Virus record (IMG/VR): IMGVR_UViG_3300024999_000121
Location: 1 to 57,865 of that record
Source: a virus
Lineage: Duplodnaviria; Caudoviricetes
Strand: one strand, 5' to 3'
Length of the DNA stretch: 57,865 nt
Part shown: piece by piece, positions 27,034 to 37,064 of the stretch
Layout of the letters: each line of letters begins with the position of its first letter
Numbering within the stretch: position 1 is the first letter of the stretch
Translations under genes and position numbers: made by a program
The notes under the pieces: generated by a model
What the model was told of the DNA's origin: nothing
Databases searched by the model: none
What the model saw: only the letters and a program-made list of their open reading frames with translations

Positions 27034-27228
27034 ATGTCAAACCAAACGCTCGAACAACGTATCGCATCCCTCGAAAAAGAGGTATCCGAACTAAAGGCAC
27101 AAGTTGCCAACCATCCATCATTCGAAGTAATTCGAGACGCATCAATTGATATTTTTCTCGAAGTGATCAAGGTTCAAAGGAAATTATGGGGTCGTAGTAA
27201 TCAAATGAAAGCGAGGAAATCTAATTGA
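27034..27228 (+). CDS. hypothetical coiled-coil protein
   Basis: RBS GAGGTG. Confidence 0.6.
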   Translation: MSNQTLEQRIASLEKEVSELKAQVANHPSFEVIRDASIDIFLEVIKVQRKLWGRSNQMKARKSN

Positions 27229-27476
27229 AAACTAACAACCCAGCCAATCAAATCAGTCAAGCGGCCAAATCACGCGGTCTATCCTACTGGGAGTACATCG
27301 AATCAACTCAACCCCATCATGTGCAAAAGTTCGTTTGGGGTGGAAAGAAGGAAACTGCCAAAGAGAAACGCGAGGCCGTAGACAAGGTTATCTCTCGTCT
27401 CGGTAGTTCAGGTAATCCCATGGCGAGGTTGTTCGCTCAAATGCGGAGTTTGATTGGGAAGAGGAGTGCTTATTGA
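27225..27476 (+). CDS. hypothetical protein
   Basis: coupled ORF. Confidence 0.55.
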   Translation: MKTNNPANQISQAAKSRGLSYWEYIESTQPHHVQKFVWGGKKETAKEKREAVDKVISRLGSSGNPMARLFAQMRSLIGKRSAY

Positions 27477-27790
27477 TGAAAATATACGTGGCGGGAAAGA
27501 TCACTGGGAATGACAATTTCGTCGAACAATTCAAGCAAGCAGAAACAATGCTGAAGGAAAAAGGGCATGTTGTAATTAACCCATCGTTATTGCCTATTGG
27601 GTTTGAACACGGAGAGTATATGAGCGTGTGTCTACCGATGGTGAGGATATGCGATGCCATCTATTTACTGAATGATTGGGGGTCTAGCAGGGGTGCAAAT
27701 ATGGAAAAGGACTATGCCGGATGTTTGGGCAAATTGATCTTTTTCGAGGGAGATACGCCATGCAGCATCAGAAAGCCGGAAACCAAGTGA
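27473..27790 (+). CDS. DUF4406-family protein
   Basis: KIYVAGKITG, INP, CDAIYLL..W..SRGA..E. Confidence 0.8.
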   Translation: MMKIYVAGKITGNDNFVEQFKQAETMLKEKGHVVINPSLLPIGFEHGEYMSVCLPMVRICDAIYLLNDWGSSRGANMEKDYAGCLGKLIFFEGDTPCSIRKPETK

Positions 27791-27951
27791 GGAAAGATCA
27801 AAAAAGGCGTTTATCTTATCAGGAGCAACAACGCATTAAGGCAAACTACGGCAAAACCTTTAAGGATGTTCTGAAGTCGGTGCAGTTAACTGAAGGTCAG
27901 TTGAAAGTTTTCACATCAAAGTTAATTAAATAATCAAAAAGGAAGTGCCCA

Positions 27952-28212
27952 ATGAGAATAAATATCAACGAAAAATACTGTGTAACCTCAAATACCAACT
28001 CCATGATGGTCAACCAAAGAAACGTTCCACCTAAGTTCGACAAGGATGGCGAGGAAGTTCTTACCACGATTGCCCACCTACTCACATTGAATCAATGCTA
28101 TAAATTCCTTCTTCGCCATCAAATCAGGATTTCCAAGGCGACTGGATTCAAGGAGCTAATGGAGGAAGTTGGCCGGATTGAGAAGGAGCTAGACGATTCT
28201 ATAAGGATTTAA
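27952..28212 (+). CDS. hypothetical phage protein
   Basis: 86 aa ORF in early operon. Confidence 0.6.
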   Translation: MRININEKYCVTSNTNSMMVNQRNVPPKFDKDGEEVLTTIAHLLTLNQCYKFLLRHQIRISKATGFKELMEEVGRIEKELDDSIRI

Positions 28213-28226
28213 GGGGGGCAAGAGAA

Positions 28227-28559
28227 TTGCAAACATGGGAAATGGTTAAGGAATTGACAGAAAATCCAACCAAGGAATTCGAAAGAGTTGGTGACAGGAA
28301 AATATTTAAAGCATCTCCTAAGATTAAGGGCGGACTAGTAATTACGCATTATGTAAGTGATTTGCACACTTCATTCGAGTGTATAACCTTGACAGACGAT
28401 TGGGAATTAGTACGCACGCCTGTTAACTTCTTAGCGGCAACCGAAAGCGGTAAAGATATTAGACCGGAAGGCTATGGAGGCGCGTATTATTCTTTAGCTT
28501 ATTGGTTGAACGGTAGACTTGACGCATCCATGATATGCGGAAAATGGCTAATCGAATAA
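28227..28559 (+). CDS. hypothetical protein (paralogue family with 35122 and 35453)
   Basis: WELV..PVNFL.A..SGK.IRP...GKWLIE. Confidence 0.65.
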   Translation: MQTWEMVKELTENPTKEFERVGDRKIFKASPKIKGGLVITHYVSDLHTSFECITLTDDWELVRTPVNFLAATESGKDIRPEGYGGAYYSLAYWLNGRLDASMICGKWLIE

Positions 28560-28572
28560 AGGAGGTATCCCA

Positions 28573-28800
28573 ATGGTGAAGCAAAAACCTCAACTCTGCC
28601 TTTGCGGCAAAGAAGTCAACTTGCCAGATGGAGAAGTCAAAACAGTTTGTTCCTGCTCTAGGCCATGGGAAATCAGCACTGAAGGAATCCTGTTCACTAA
28701 TTTGATGTTCTCATTTGAACCTGTCGAGAAGGTTGCCCCTTTTTTAACGAAGGATCGTCCGAGGAATAAACGAAAGAGAAAGGCAGGAATGAGTAAATGA
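28573..28800 (+). CDS. Zn-ribbon hypothetical protein
   Basis: CLCG...CSC; RBS AAGGAGG. Confidence 0.6.
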   Translation: MVKQKPQLCLCGKEVNLPDGEVKTVCSCSRPWEISTEGILFTNLMFSFEPVEKVAPFLTKDRPRNKRKRKAGMSK

Positions 28801-29378
28801 AAACTGTAGAGGAAGTCACTAAACTAGCAGCAGAGTGGTGGTCCGATAAGGTTTGTCACCCTAAGTTCGATAATGGAGACTCTTCGCAAACTGGTGGTAT
28901 GACTATGATGATGGCGATGTTATGCACAAAACCTGTTCAAAACGATTCCAAGCAACTATTCACTGATATTTTAGCTAAAAAGATTATCCCAGTACTCGAA
29001 TCAATAGACCGTGATGTTATTTTGAGCGTTGACTACGGACCAGACAGGATGCTTCACGATGCGGCGCAAGAAGCCGATATACCTTCAACGAACTTCCCGT
29101 GGAAAACAACTATGTGGATCACTAATCATCATGTCGCTGTTCGCTATGGGTATCGCGCTCCGATTGAATACTTGTACATGGATATAGATTATTGCGAACA
29201 ACAGATTGAGAGGCATAAGCAAAGCATTGCCCATTACCGGGATGAGTCCTACTTTTCATTCTATGAGGATGTTGAATACCGCAAGAAACAAATGCGTGAG
29301 GGAGAAACAGAGGCAATTGAGCAATTGGAGTTATGGGAGAAGAGAAAGGCGGGATTCGGATGTTCAAAATCAAAGTAA
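28797..29378 (+). CDS. hypothetical phage protein
   Basis: 193 aa, LSVDYGP...FPWKT motif. Confidence 0.65.
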   Translation: MKTVEEVTKLAAEWWSDKVCHPKFDNGDSSQTGGMTMMMAMLCTKPVQNDSKQLFTDILAKKIIPVLESIDRDVILSVDYGPDRMLHDAAQEADIPSTNFPWKTTMWITNHHVAVRYGYRAPIEYLYMDIDYCEQQIERHKQSIAHYRDESYFSFYEDVEYRKKQMREGETEAIEQLELWEKRKAGFGCSKSK

Positions 29379-29662
29379 TCGGCAAAAGAGTCTGCGAGGC
29401 AATTGGCAATCAGTTAGTGCGTTTCGAGTGGTTTCGGAGAGAGGTGCAAGCTTATGAGGATAGGCAAGCAAAACAACTGTATGAGCAGAAGATGCAGAGG
29501 AATAAGGATCACTGGGCAGACCTGATGAAGTCAGGCGGCAGTATGCGGAGCGAGGATAAGGAAGATGACAGCATGAAAGTGGTTGAACTGTTTAATCCAG
29601 TGTTCTCTCGGATGGATTGTGTAAATTGGGGCGAAAGGAACAAACGCTATGACCGCATATGA
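29360..29662 (+). CDS. hypothetical protein
   Basis: ORF bridging neighbours, start uncertain. Confidence 0.5.
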   Translation: MFKIKVIGKRVCEAIGNQLVRFEWFRREVQAYEDRQAKQLYEQKMQRNKDHWADLMKSGGSMRSEDKEDDSMKVVELFNPVFSRMDCVNWGERNKRYDRI

Positions 29663-30002
29663 AGAAGAAGTATTGTCCATCATCAACACCCTCCAAATAC
29701 CTCAACATATGAAGGGGTTCAAGCTCATCACAACCGCAATGGATCTTATCAACTCAAATCCTATGTACCTCCTAAAGTGGGCAAAGCTCCACGGCAAGAT
29801 TAGCGAACTCCACGACTGTTCGCCTCGCCAAGTAGAGGGCAATATCTATCACTGTCTGCAATGTGCTAAAACTGATTTTTATACTCAGAAGGAAGTGCTA
29901 GGCACTAATTACGAAATGGGAACAGCCGAGTTCTTGGCAACATTGCATCGAGTAATAACGATTCGGATGGCAGATAAGGAGGAACTGTCATGCGTAAATT
30001 GA
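29649..30002 (+). CDS. Spo0A C-terminal DNA-binding domain protein
   Basis: LQIPQHMKGF...VEGNIYH...AEFLA aligns to Spo0A GVPAHIKGY...VERAIRH...SEFIA. Confidence 0.8.
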   Translation: MTAYEEEVLSIINTLQIPQHMKGFKLITTAMDLINSNPMYLLKWAKLHGKISELHDCSPRQVEGNIYHCLQCAKTDFYTQKEVLGTNYEMGTAEFLATLHRVITIRMADKEELSCVN

Positions 30003-30379
30003 CCAAGGATGAGCTAAGTGCAATCCAAGACCTATCGGACAATACATCCCTAATTGAGCAAGTTAGCACCGACCGCCATTCCAATACATTAACCAGAATT
30101 ACTGTGATATCTCAGGTTAACGCTGATTGGGATCGAGTAGATGCCTTACTAAATAGCATCTTTCCAGAATTGGAGTATCGCGGAAAGTCTGGAATCGATA
30201 CTAAGGACGGAATTATATCAGAACATTTCTCAATAGATGTTGATGGAGAAACCTTGATAAATCTTTGCATGAAAAAGGACCCCACTGCAATGGAGTCCGA
30301 AGGAAAAACTACTCAAGAACAGTTTACCAGAAATGATGAAGTTTTAGAACTACCAGGGCCATGTGAATCTTGTGTTTAA
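29990..30379 (+). CDS. hypothetical protein
   Basis: RBS AAGGAGG. Confidence 0.6.
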   Translation: MRKLTKDELSAIQDLSDNTSLIEQVSTDRHSNTLTRITVISQVNADWDRVDALLNSIFPELEYRGKSGIDTKDGIISEHFSIDVDGETLINLCMKKDPTAMESEGKTTQEQFTRNDEVLELPGPCESCV

Positions 30380-30557
30380 GGGCAGAGAATGGTATCGAGA
30401 ATTTCATGAGCAGGATTATGAAAACTCTGGGGATGAATTAGAACACGAAGATGATTTAGGGAACTGCACAAAATGCGAACACAATTCCTACTGCACAGGA
30501 GGGTGCCTAAATAGAGCATCGCATTGCTGGAAATTTAAAAAGAAGGAAGAGGTATAA
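30363..30557 (+). CDS. small Cys-rich protein
   Basis: CTKC...C..GC. Confidence 0.45.
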   Translation: MNLVFKGREWYREFHEQDYENSGDELEHEDDLGNCTKCEHNSYCTGGCLNRASHCWKFKKKEEV

Positions 30558-30559
30558 AT

Positions 30560-32566
30560 ATGAATCAAACCGATATCAGACTCCAATCGTTATCCCTTAA
30601 AAACTTTAAAGGGGTAGAGGATTTTACCCTGAACTTAGGCGGCGCGAATGCTGATATTTTTGGCAGAAATGCCACAGGCAAATCAACCTTATTTGACAGT
30701 AGCCAATGGCTTCTTTTCGGGAAAGATTCTTCCGGAAGGGCAGACTATCAAGTGAAGCCACAGGATAAGGATGGAAACGAGATCCATCACTTGGATTGCA
30801 TAGTAGAGGGTGTTTTTACGGTTAATGAAAAACCACTCAAACTCAAGCGTCAACTCTCTGAAAAGTGGGTTAAAAAACAAGGCACTCAAACGAAAGAATT
30901 CACAGGTAATGAAACAAAATACTGGGTCAACGATGTCCCAGTAAAGGCTAAAGACTACGCTGTCGAAATCAACATGCTCATAAAGGAGAATATCTTTAAG
31001 CTCCTGACAAATCCCCTCTTTTTCAATACGGATGGCAAGGGTTTTGGTTGGCAGGAAAGAAGAAGGATTCTTTTCGAGATATGCGGTGATGTTTCGGATT
31101 CGGATGTTATTGATTCATTGGTTACTGTAGGTGATAAAAGCATGTTAGATCTGCAGATGGTCATTAACTCCGGCAGAACGATTGACAATCACAAGTTGGT
31201 AGTTGCCGACAAGATCAAAAACACTAAATCCCAAATGGATGGGATTCCTTATCAAATCAATGAGCAGCAACGAAGCATTACGGTAGATGCAGTAGATTAC
31301 ACGGCGACTAAAGCATCTCTACAGGAGCAGAAAGACGCTTTACGGGCTATTGAATTAGAACTAGCTACAAACGCACAAGGGGCTAGTTTGTACCGTCAGA
31401 AACAGCAACAGGCGTATAAGCTGCAGAACGAATTGGATGCCCGAAAGAAGGAACTTGATAATTACTCGTTGTCTGGATTAAAAAAGGCAATCGAGGAAAA
31501 ATCGCAACTCGAAGGAGAGAGATACCTTATCTCCGCAGAGGTTAAGAAGTTGGGTTCTAATTCGGAATTAAGGTCCATGGAACTAGAAAATATCGAAAGG
31601 TCAATTATTGAGCTACGTAAAACATGGGCAGAGGAAAACTCCAAGCAATTCGTTGCCCCTGATGGATTTAGTTGTCCAACTTGTGAACAACCACTACCCG
31701 AAGGTAAGGCGCAGGAGAAGATCGACAAGTTAAAAGAAAACTTTGACAAGAATAAAATTCAGGTTATCTCTGGTATTCGTAAGCAGGGTACAGATGCAGG
31801 AAATAGATCTGAAGTTCTTAACGAAGAAAAAGTATTAGATGCCGAGACTCTAGCCAAACACGAAATCAGATTAACTCAAATATACGAGAGAATTGTTGAG
31901 TTGGAAAATGACATAGAGTGTGAAAAAGCCGAACGCGGCAACAGGTACAACTACTCTCTTGATTTGAAATATTCAAGCCTGACCGACGAACTCCAAGCCC
32001 TACAAACCGAACTAAATAAACCCATCGAGGACACGACAACCGAACTCCTCACCAAAAAACAAGAAACAACATCACTAATCGAATCCCTGAATAAAACCCT
32101 CAACCAAAAGGAAGTAGTCGAAAAAGCCAAACTTCGCATTGAAGAACTCAAGTCAGAAGAAAGCAAATTGGCGGCAGAACTAAACGAATACGAGCGTCAG
32201 GATTTTCTAATTAAAGAGTTCACAAGGGCGAAGGTTCGTATGTTGGAGGATTCGATTAACAATCGATTTAAGACGGTTAAATTCAAACTATTCGATACGC
32301 TGAATGATGGAACACAAAAAGAAGTTTGCCGGACACTTGTCAATACAAACGGGGTACTGGTTGAATTCGATGGAGCCAATAACGGCGGAAAGATCAATAC
32401 AGGATTAGAAATTATTGGGCTTTTGTCAGAGTTTTACGGGGTTAACTGCCCGATATTCGTGGATAACGCAGAGTCGTTAACTAGTTTTGTGGATGTTAAT
32501 GCGCAGGTTATTAAGCTAATTGTAAGCGAACAGGATTCCAAATTGAGAGTGGAGGTACAAGTGTAA
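30560..32566 (+). CDS. SbcC/Rad50-like ATPase
   Basis: NFKG, Walker A GRNATGKST, coiled coil with CPTC hook, IFVDNAE. Confidence 0.88.
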   Translation: MNQTDIRLQSLSLKNFKGVEDFTLNLGGANADIFGRNATGKSTLFDSSQWLLFGKDSSGRADYQVKPQDKDGNEIHHLDCIVEGVFTVNEKPLKLKRQLSEKWVKKQGTQTKEFTGNETKYWVNDVPVKAKDYAVEINMLIKENIFKLLTNPLFFNTDGKGFGWQERRRILFEICGDVSDSDVIDSLVTVGDKSMLDLQMVINSGRTIDNHKLVVADKIKNTKSQMDGIPYQINEQQRSITVDAVDYTATKASLQEQKDALRAIELELATNAQGASLYRQKQQQAYKLQNELDARKKELDNYSLSGLKKAIEEKSQLEGERYLISAEVKKLGSNSELRSMELENIERSIIELRKTWAEENSKQFVAPDGFSCPTCEQPLPEGKAQEKIDKLKENFDKNKIQVISGIRKQGTDAGNRSEVLNEEKVLDAETLAKHEIRLTQIYERIVELENDIECEKAERGNRYNYSLDLKYSSLTDELQALQTELNKPIEDTTTELLTKKQETTSLIESLNKTLNQKEVVEKAKLRIEELKSEESKLAAELNEYERQDFLIKEFTRAKVRMLEDSINNRFKTVKFKLFDTLNDGTQKEVCRTLVNTNGVLVEFDGANNGGKINTGLEIIGLLSEFYGVNCPIFVDNAESLTSFVDVNAQVIKLIVSEQDSKLRVEVQV

Positions 32567-33573
32567 TGGCAAACGAAGTAGCTGTAAAGCCAGAATCCGA
32601 ACTAACCATGTCTGAGAGATTTACAAACAAGGTACTTGCTGAATTTAAAAGTGGAGTAGGGGGAATAGTTCTTACCAATTTCCAACATCGTCTAGTTCAA
32701 AACTATTTCATCGTTGCCGATATGGCGCTAAAATCCGCAGAGGCGAAGCGCCTGAAGAAGACTAAGAACAAGGACCCATTACCCGTCACTTGGGCCAATG
32801 TGGACATGGAGAAACTTTCTCAAAGCGTTGTAGCTGCCGCGAGGATTGGTTGGGACCCTCAGCAGGACAACCATGTGAGCCTTATCCCTTATAAGGAAAA
32901 CGGGGCTACTAAATATAACCTGACGTTCATGTCTGGGTATCGAGGTATTGAATTAAAGGCCGTGAAATACGGTCTAGATGTCCCCGCTGTTATCGTTGAA
33001 CTAGTTTACTCTACGGATAAATTTAGGTCGATAAAAAAGGACCACAAGAACAAGGTTGAGCTTTATGAGTTTGAAATTACTAATGACTTTGATCGCGGGA
33101 CCTTGGTTGGTGGGTTCTACTACCATTCATTTGAAAACCCAGAGAAAAACAAACTTGTCGTCATGCCACTAAAGGAAATAGAAAAAAGAAAACCGAAATA
33201 CGCTTCCGCTGAGTTTTGGGGTGGGGAAAAGGATGTCTGGAAAGACGGAAAACCAGTGGGTAAGGAAAAGATAGAAGGTTGGTACGACAAGATGTGCCAC
33301 AAGACCATTTACCGGGCTGCCTACAAAGACATCACTATCGACAGTCAAAAGATCGACGATGATTATCTTCGACTCAATCAAATGGAAAACGAGTTCAAGG
33401 AAGCTGAAGTTGAACAAACGATTGCCGAAAATGCAAACGGTAATGTCATCGATATTCAATCTGAGGACGTTTCAAACGACCACGAAACTGAAGGCATAAC
33501 CGATGCAGAGATAGTTGAAATGGACAAACTAGCCGAAGAATTGAACAACCCACCAACTGGGCCGGGGTTCTGA
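32566..33573 (+). CDS. recT: RecT-family single-strand annealing protein
   Basis: LIPY, GYRG, ELVY..D.F, W.DKM..KT motifs; between ATPase and MBL nuclease. Confidence 0.8.
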   Translation: MANEVAVKPESELTMSERFTNKVLAEFKSGVGGIVLTNFQHRLVQNYFIVADMALKSAEAKRLKKTKNKDPLPVTWANVDMEKLSQSVVAAARIGWDPQQDNHVSLIPYKENGATKYNLTFMSGYRGIELKAVKYGLDVPAVIVELVYSTDKFRSIKKDHKNKVELYEFEITNDFDRGTLVGGFYYHSFENPEKNKLVVMPLKEIEKRKPKYASAEFWGGEKDVWKDGKPVGKEKIEGWYDKMCHKTIYRAAYKDITIDSQKIDDDYLRLNQMENEFKEAEVEQTIAENANGNVIDIQSEDVSNDHETEGITDAEIVEMDKLAEELNNPPTGPGF

Positions 33574-33574
33574 T

Positions 33575-34315
33575 ATGAACCTAAAAGTTATCAGTTCAGG
33601 ATCAAAAGGGAATGCCTACATCCTCCACACTGACACCGGAAATCTTCTCTTGGAGTGTGGGGTTCGGTTCAAGGAGATACAACAAGCGTTAGAATTTGAC
33701 ACAGCAAGCGTTCAGGGTTGTCTATTAACTCACTCACACAATGACCACAGCAAATGTACCAAGGACATCTTTGAGGCTGGTATAGACGTTTATATGACCC
33801 CTGACACGGCAACCGCAGTTAAAGCAGAGGGGCATCGGTTAAATATCATCGAGGCAGGTAATCAATTCAATGTGGGGGACTTCATTGTCCTCCCATTCCC
33901 TACCGAGCATGATGCGCCTGGATCAGTAGGATATTTAATCCAATACAAACCAACGGGCGAAAAGCTAATTTTTGCAACAGACACATACTTTATTCGCAAT
34001 CGTTTTTCTGGACTAGATTACATTCTCATAGAAAGTAACTACTGCAAAGACACCCTAGACGCAAATATCGAGGCCGGATATATCTCTTGCGAACAAAAGA
34101 ACCGTTTACTAGAATCTCACTTTTCGCTGGAACACGTCAAAGAGTTTTTATCGGCAAATGATTTGTCTAAAGTGAAGGTCATCGTCTTATTGCATTTATC
34201 AAGTGCCAACTCGGACGCAAAAAGAATGGTTCAGGAGATTGAGAAATTAACAGGAAAAGTCGTTATTGTTGCGGAGGCCGGGAAAAATATACCACTTGAG
34301 CTTTATCCTTTTTAA
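33575..34315 (+). CDS. metallo-beta-lactamase-fold nuclease
   Basis: SSGSKGN, THSHNDH, HDA, TDT, LLHLS. Confidence 0.9.
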   Translation: MNLKVISSGSKGNAYILHTDTGNLLLECGVRFKEIQQALEFDTASVQGCLLTHSHNDHSKCTKDIFEAGIDVYMTPDTATAVKAEGHRLNIIEAGNQFNVGDFIVLPFPTEHDAPGSVGYLIQYKPTGEKLIFATDTYFIRNRFSGLDYILIESNYCKDTLDANIEAGYISCEQKNRLLESHFSLEHVKEFLSANDLSKVKVIVLLHLSSANSDAKRMVQEIEKLTGKVVIVAEAGKNIPLELYPF

Positions 34316-34355
34316 AAACAAAGGGCAGCTAACAACTGCCCAATCGAGGTGAAAT

Positions 34356-34859
34356 ATGTTCACTTACTATATCCAACCAACTCACTACGAGCAAGCTGAG
34401 AAAAACGGCATAAGCGCACACACATTAGAGCGTCGAGTGCGAGAGTCTGCTTGGCCTATGGAAAAGGCAACAACAACAAAGCCACAACAAAGAACATCCT
34501 GCAAAGAATGGGCAGACGTAGCGAAGGAAAATGGCATTAGTGCTAACTCATTCTACCGCAGGGCTAACCAGTACGGATGGTCACTAGAACGAGCAGCAAC
34601 TCAACCTATTCAGGATCGCAAGGGACAAGCGGAACACGCTAGAAAATCGAAGAAGCGAGTTTATCCCTTGAAAATCCTGAAGAAGGCGAAAAAGAACGGC
34701 ATACCGCTAGGGACATTTCGCGCAAGAGTCAGGTTGGGGTGGACGCAGAAAGACGCTGCAACTAGACCAGTCATGACGAAGAGGGAGATAGGCCTAATGG
34801 CAAAGGGTACGAGTCAAAGGCTAATTAATAGCATTGCAAGAAGGGAGATAAAACAATGA
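34356..34859 (+). CDS. repeat HTH-like phage protein
   Basis: Three A..NGI...F..R....W....A.T repeats. Confidence 0.7.
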   Translation: MFTYYIQPTHYEQAEKNGISAHTLERRVRESAWPMEKATTTKPQQRTSCKEWADVAKENGISANSFYRRANQYGWSLERAATQPIQDRKGQAEHARKSKKRVYPLKILKKAKKNGIPLGTFRARVRLGWTQKDAATRPVMTKREIGLMAKGTSQRLINSIARREIKQ

Positions 34860-35125
34860 AACCACTAGGCATCTCAATAACAATGGACTCATTCGGCAGA
34901 ATTACAATCCCAAAGTCGCTCAGGTTATCTATGGGATACGAGCCAGCTACGGCATTGGAAATGTTAGCCGACGGGAAAGGGTTGCGGATACAGAAGCACT
35001 CGATAGGATGCATGTTCTGCGAGTCTGAGGTTAAGGTTGTGGCATGGCATGGGGATAAAGTTTGCAGGGCATGTGCGAGTGATATTTTGTCTAAGGGAGT
35101 TAAGGAAGGGGTTGCTGAAGGATGA
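34856..35125 (+). CDS. AbrB-family regulator with C-terminal Zn ribbon
   Basis: MDSFGRITIPKSLR...CMFC...VC..C. Confidence 0.85.
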   Translation: MKPLGISITMDSFGRITIPKSLRLSMGYEPATALEMLADGKGLRIQKHSIGCMFCESEVKVVAWHGDKVCRACASDILSKGVKEGVAEG

Positions 35126-35448
35126 AATTATATTCCATGATCGAAGAGTTAAGTTATGATCCGAAAATTCAATTTTCAAGCGATAGGGACGAGAAAATAG
35201 TATTTGCCAAGGTTAATCCGTTTTGCATAGGTTACATTAACTCTGCTCGAAGGTTTTGTTTACTAGAAATGTGCGAGCATGATTTAATGGCTGATTGGGA
35301 AAAAGTTCGCGAGAAAGTTGATTTCATGACAGCCGCAAATAGCGGAAAGCGAATCAAGCCAATTAATCACGATATTGACGGGTTCCTTTATTTTAACGAC
35401 TGGAATTTATCGTTAGATATGATCAATGGGAAATGGGAAATAGAGTAG
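35122..35448 (+). CDS. hypothetical protein (paralogue of 28227)
   Basis: VDFMTAANSGKRIKP...GKWEIE. Confidence 0.65.
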   Translation: MKLYSMIEELSYDPKIQFSSDRDEKIVFAKVNPFCIGYINSARRFCLLEMCEHDLMADWEKVREKVDFMTAANSGKRIKPINHDIDGFLYFNDWNLSLDMINGKWEIE

Positions 35449-35452
35449 AGGA

Positions 35453-35809
35453 GTGGTATTGATGAAAACTGGCGAGATTTATACCCATGCGCTGACTAAT
35501 CCAAAAGCTAGATTTATGAGTAGCGAAAATGGTCCATTCCCCGAATTTGAGGCTCATTTTAACGAAGTAGGCAAGTTGGTTACGGGCGAAGGGAGAGATG
35601 AGTCATTAGTTTATGCTCCGTATGATATGGAATGGGAATTAGTTCCTCAAGAAGTAACCTGGCACGAAGCGATAAACTTATGGCTGGATGGAAATTCTGT
35701 TGTATGTGAATACAAAGGGAATAGGCATGGCTTTGATGCTGGAGGAATCATCATGGCAATGCATGTTGATAAAGAAAAGTTGAAGTATGGAAAATGGTAC
35801 ATCCTGTGA
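35453..35809 (+). CDS. hypothetical protein (paralogue of 28227)
   Basis: WELVPQEVTWHEA...GKWYIL. Confidence 0.65.
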   Translation: MVLMKTGEIYTHALTNPKARFMSSENGPFPEFEAHFNEVGKLVTGEGRDESLVYAPYDMEWELVPQEVTWHEAINLWLDGNSVVCEYKGNRHGFDAGGIIMAMHVDKEKLKYGKWYIL

Positions 35810-36001
35810 CCACTCCTAAGCGTAAATGCCTAGTCTTAAAATGCATATTCAATTCAGGCTATCCAACTCAACACTGCCAAGTATCTGTTCCTAAATGCAA
35901 GTTGAGGGATGAGGGGTTTAGAAATCTTGAAAAGGCGATGAAGGACGAGTAAATAATACAGCGAATAAAGGCCGGGTAATTCCGGCCTATGGAGGAAATA
36001 G

Positions 36002-36781
36002 ATGGAAATATTTCACGACCACTTTCAGAACTACAAGCGATATAACATCCCAAAGGCTCAATTGGTAATAGCAGACATTCCTTATAATATTTCCACGAAC
36101 GCTTATGCTAGTTCGCCTTCTTGGTACAAGGATGGTGACAACAAAAACGGAGAGAGTGAGCTTGCTAAAACATCATTCTTTGATACGGACGAAAACTTTA
36201 AAATACCTGAATTCATGCACTTCGTAAATACCATGCTGAAAAAAGAGCCGAAGGAGAAGGGGCAAGCTGGCTGCATGATCGTTTTTTGCGAGTTTGAGCA
36301 ACAATTTTCCTTGATAACAAAGGCTAAAGAGTACGGCTTTAATCACTATATCAACATGGTTTTTCGCAAAAATTATTCAGCGCAGGTACTTAAAGCAAAT
36401 ATGAAAGTGGTAGGGAATTGTGAGTATGCCGTTCTCTTGTACAGGGATAAGCTGCCCAAATTTAACAACAACGGGAAAATGGTATTCAACTGCTTGGATT
36501 ATCAAAGAGATACCGAGACACCAAAGATTCACCCAACCCAGAAGAGTATTCATGTCATAAAACATCTTATTGAGATTTTTACGGATGTGGGTGACGTAGT
36601 AATAGACCCGTGCGCTGGAAGTGGAGTCACCTTGCTTGCTGCCGAGCAATTAGGGCGCAAGCCTTATGGATTTGAGATTAAAAGGAATTACGTTGACGAT
36701 TTCAAAAACAAATTAGCAAATAGTGTGCAAAGATCATTTTTCAATCTTGAATTTGAGCAGATGCAGCTACAGAAGGGGTAA
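36002..36781 (+). CDS. orphan DNA N6/N4 methyltransferase (beta class)
   Basis: IADIPY, HPTQK, DPCAGSG. Confidence 0.9.
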   Translation: MEIFHDHFQNYKRYNIPKAQLVIADIPYNISTNAYASSPSWYKDGDNKNGESELAKTSFFDTDENFKIPEFMHFVNTMLKKEPKEKGQAGCMIVFCEFEQQFSLITKAKEYGFNHYINMVFRKNYSAQVLKANMKVVGNCEYAVLLYRDKLPKFNNNGKMVFNCLDYQRDTETPKIHPTQKSIHVIKHLIEIFTDVGDVVIDPCAGSGVTLLAAEQLGRKPYGFEIKRNYVDDFKNKLANSVQRSFFNLEFEQMQLQKG

Positions 36782-36798
36782 AAAAAATAAGGCAGAGA

Positions 36799-36951
36799 TT
36801 AATCCTCTCTGCCGACTGAATCCTTATTTAATCCATCTTCTGCTAATTTGCAAATCTGCTGACTAAATGAACGCTTCTCCCTTTCTGATAGCTTTAGAAT
36901 TTTATCGTGTAGATCCTGATCAATCGTTATGGTTATTTTCTTCTTAGCCAT
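36799..36951 (-). CDS. RHH/Arc-like repressor
   Basis: MAKKKITITIDQDL...EKRSFSQQI; RBS GGAGGTG. Confidence 0.8.
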   Translation of the reverse strand: MAKKKITITIDQDLHDKILKLSEREKRSFSQQICKLAEDGLNKDSVGRED

Positions 36952-37064
36952 ATGATACACCTCCAATACATCAAGTATAGCATATGCCATACAAGGTGTA
37001 AATATACATGGTATGGTATGGTAAACGGTGGCAAGGTATGGTATAATACTAATATAGGAAGGAA

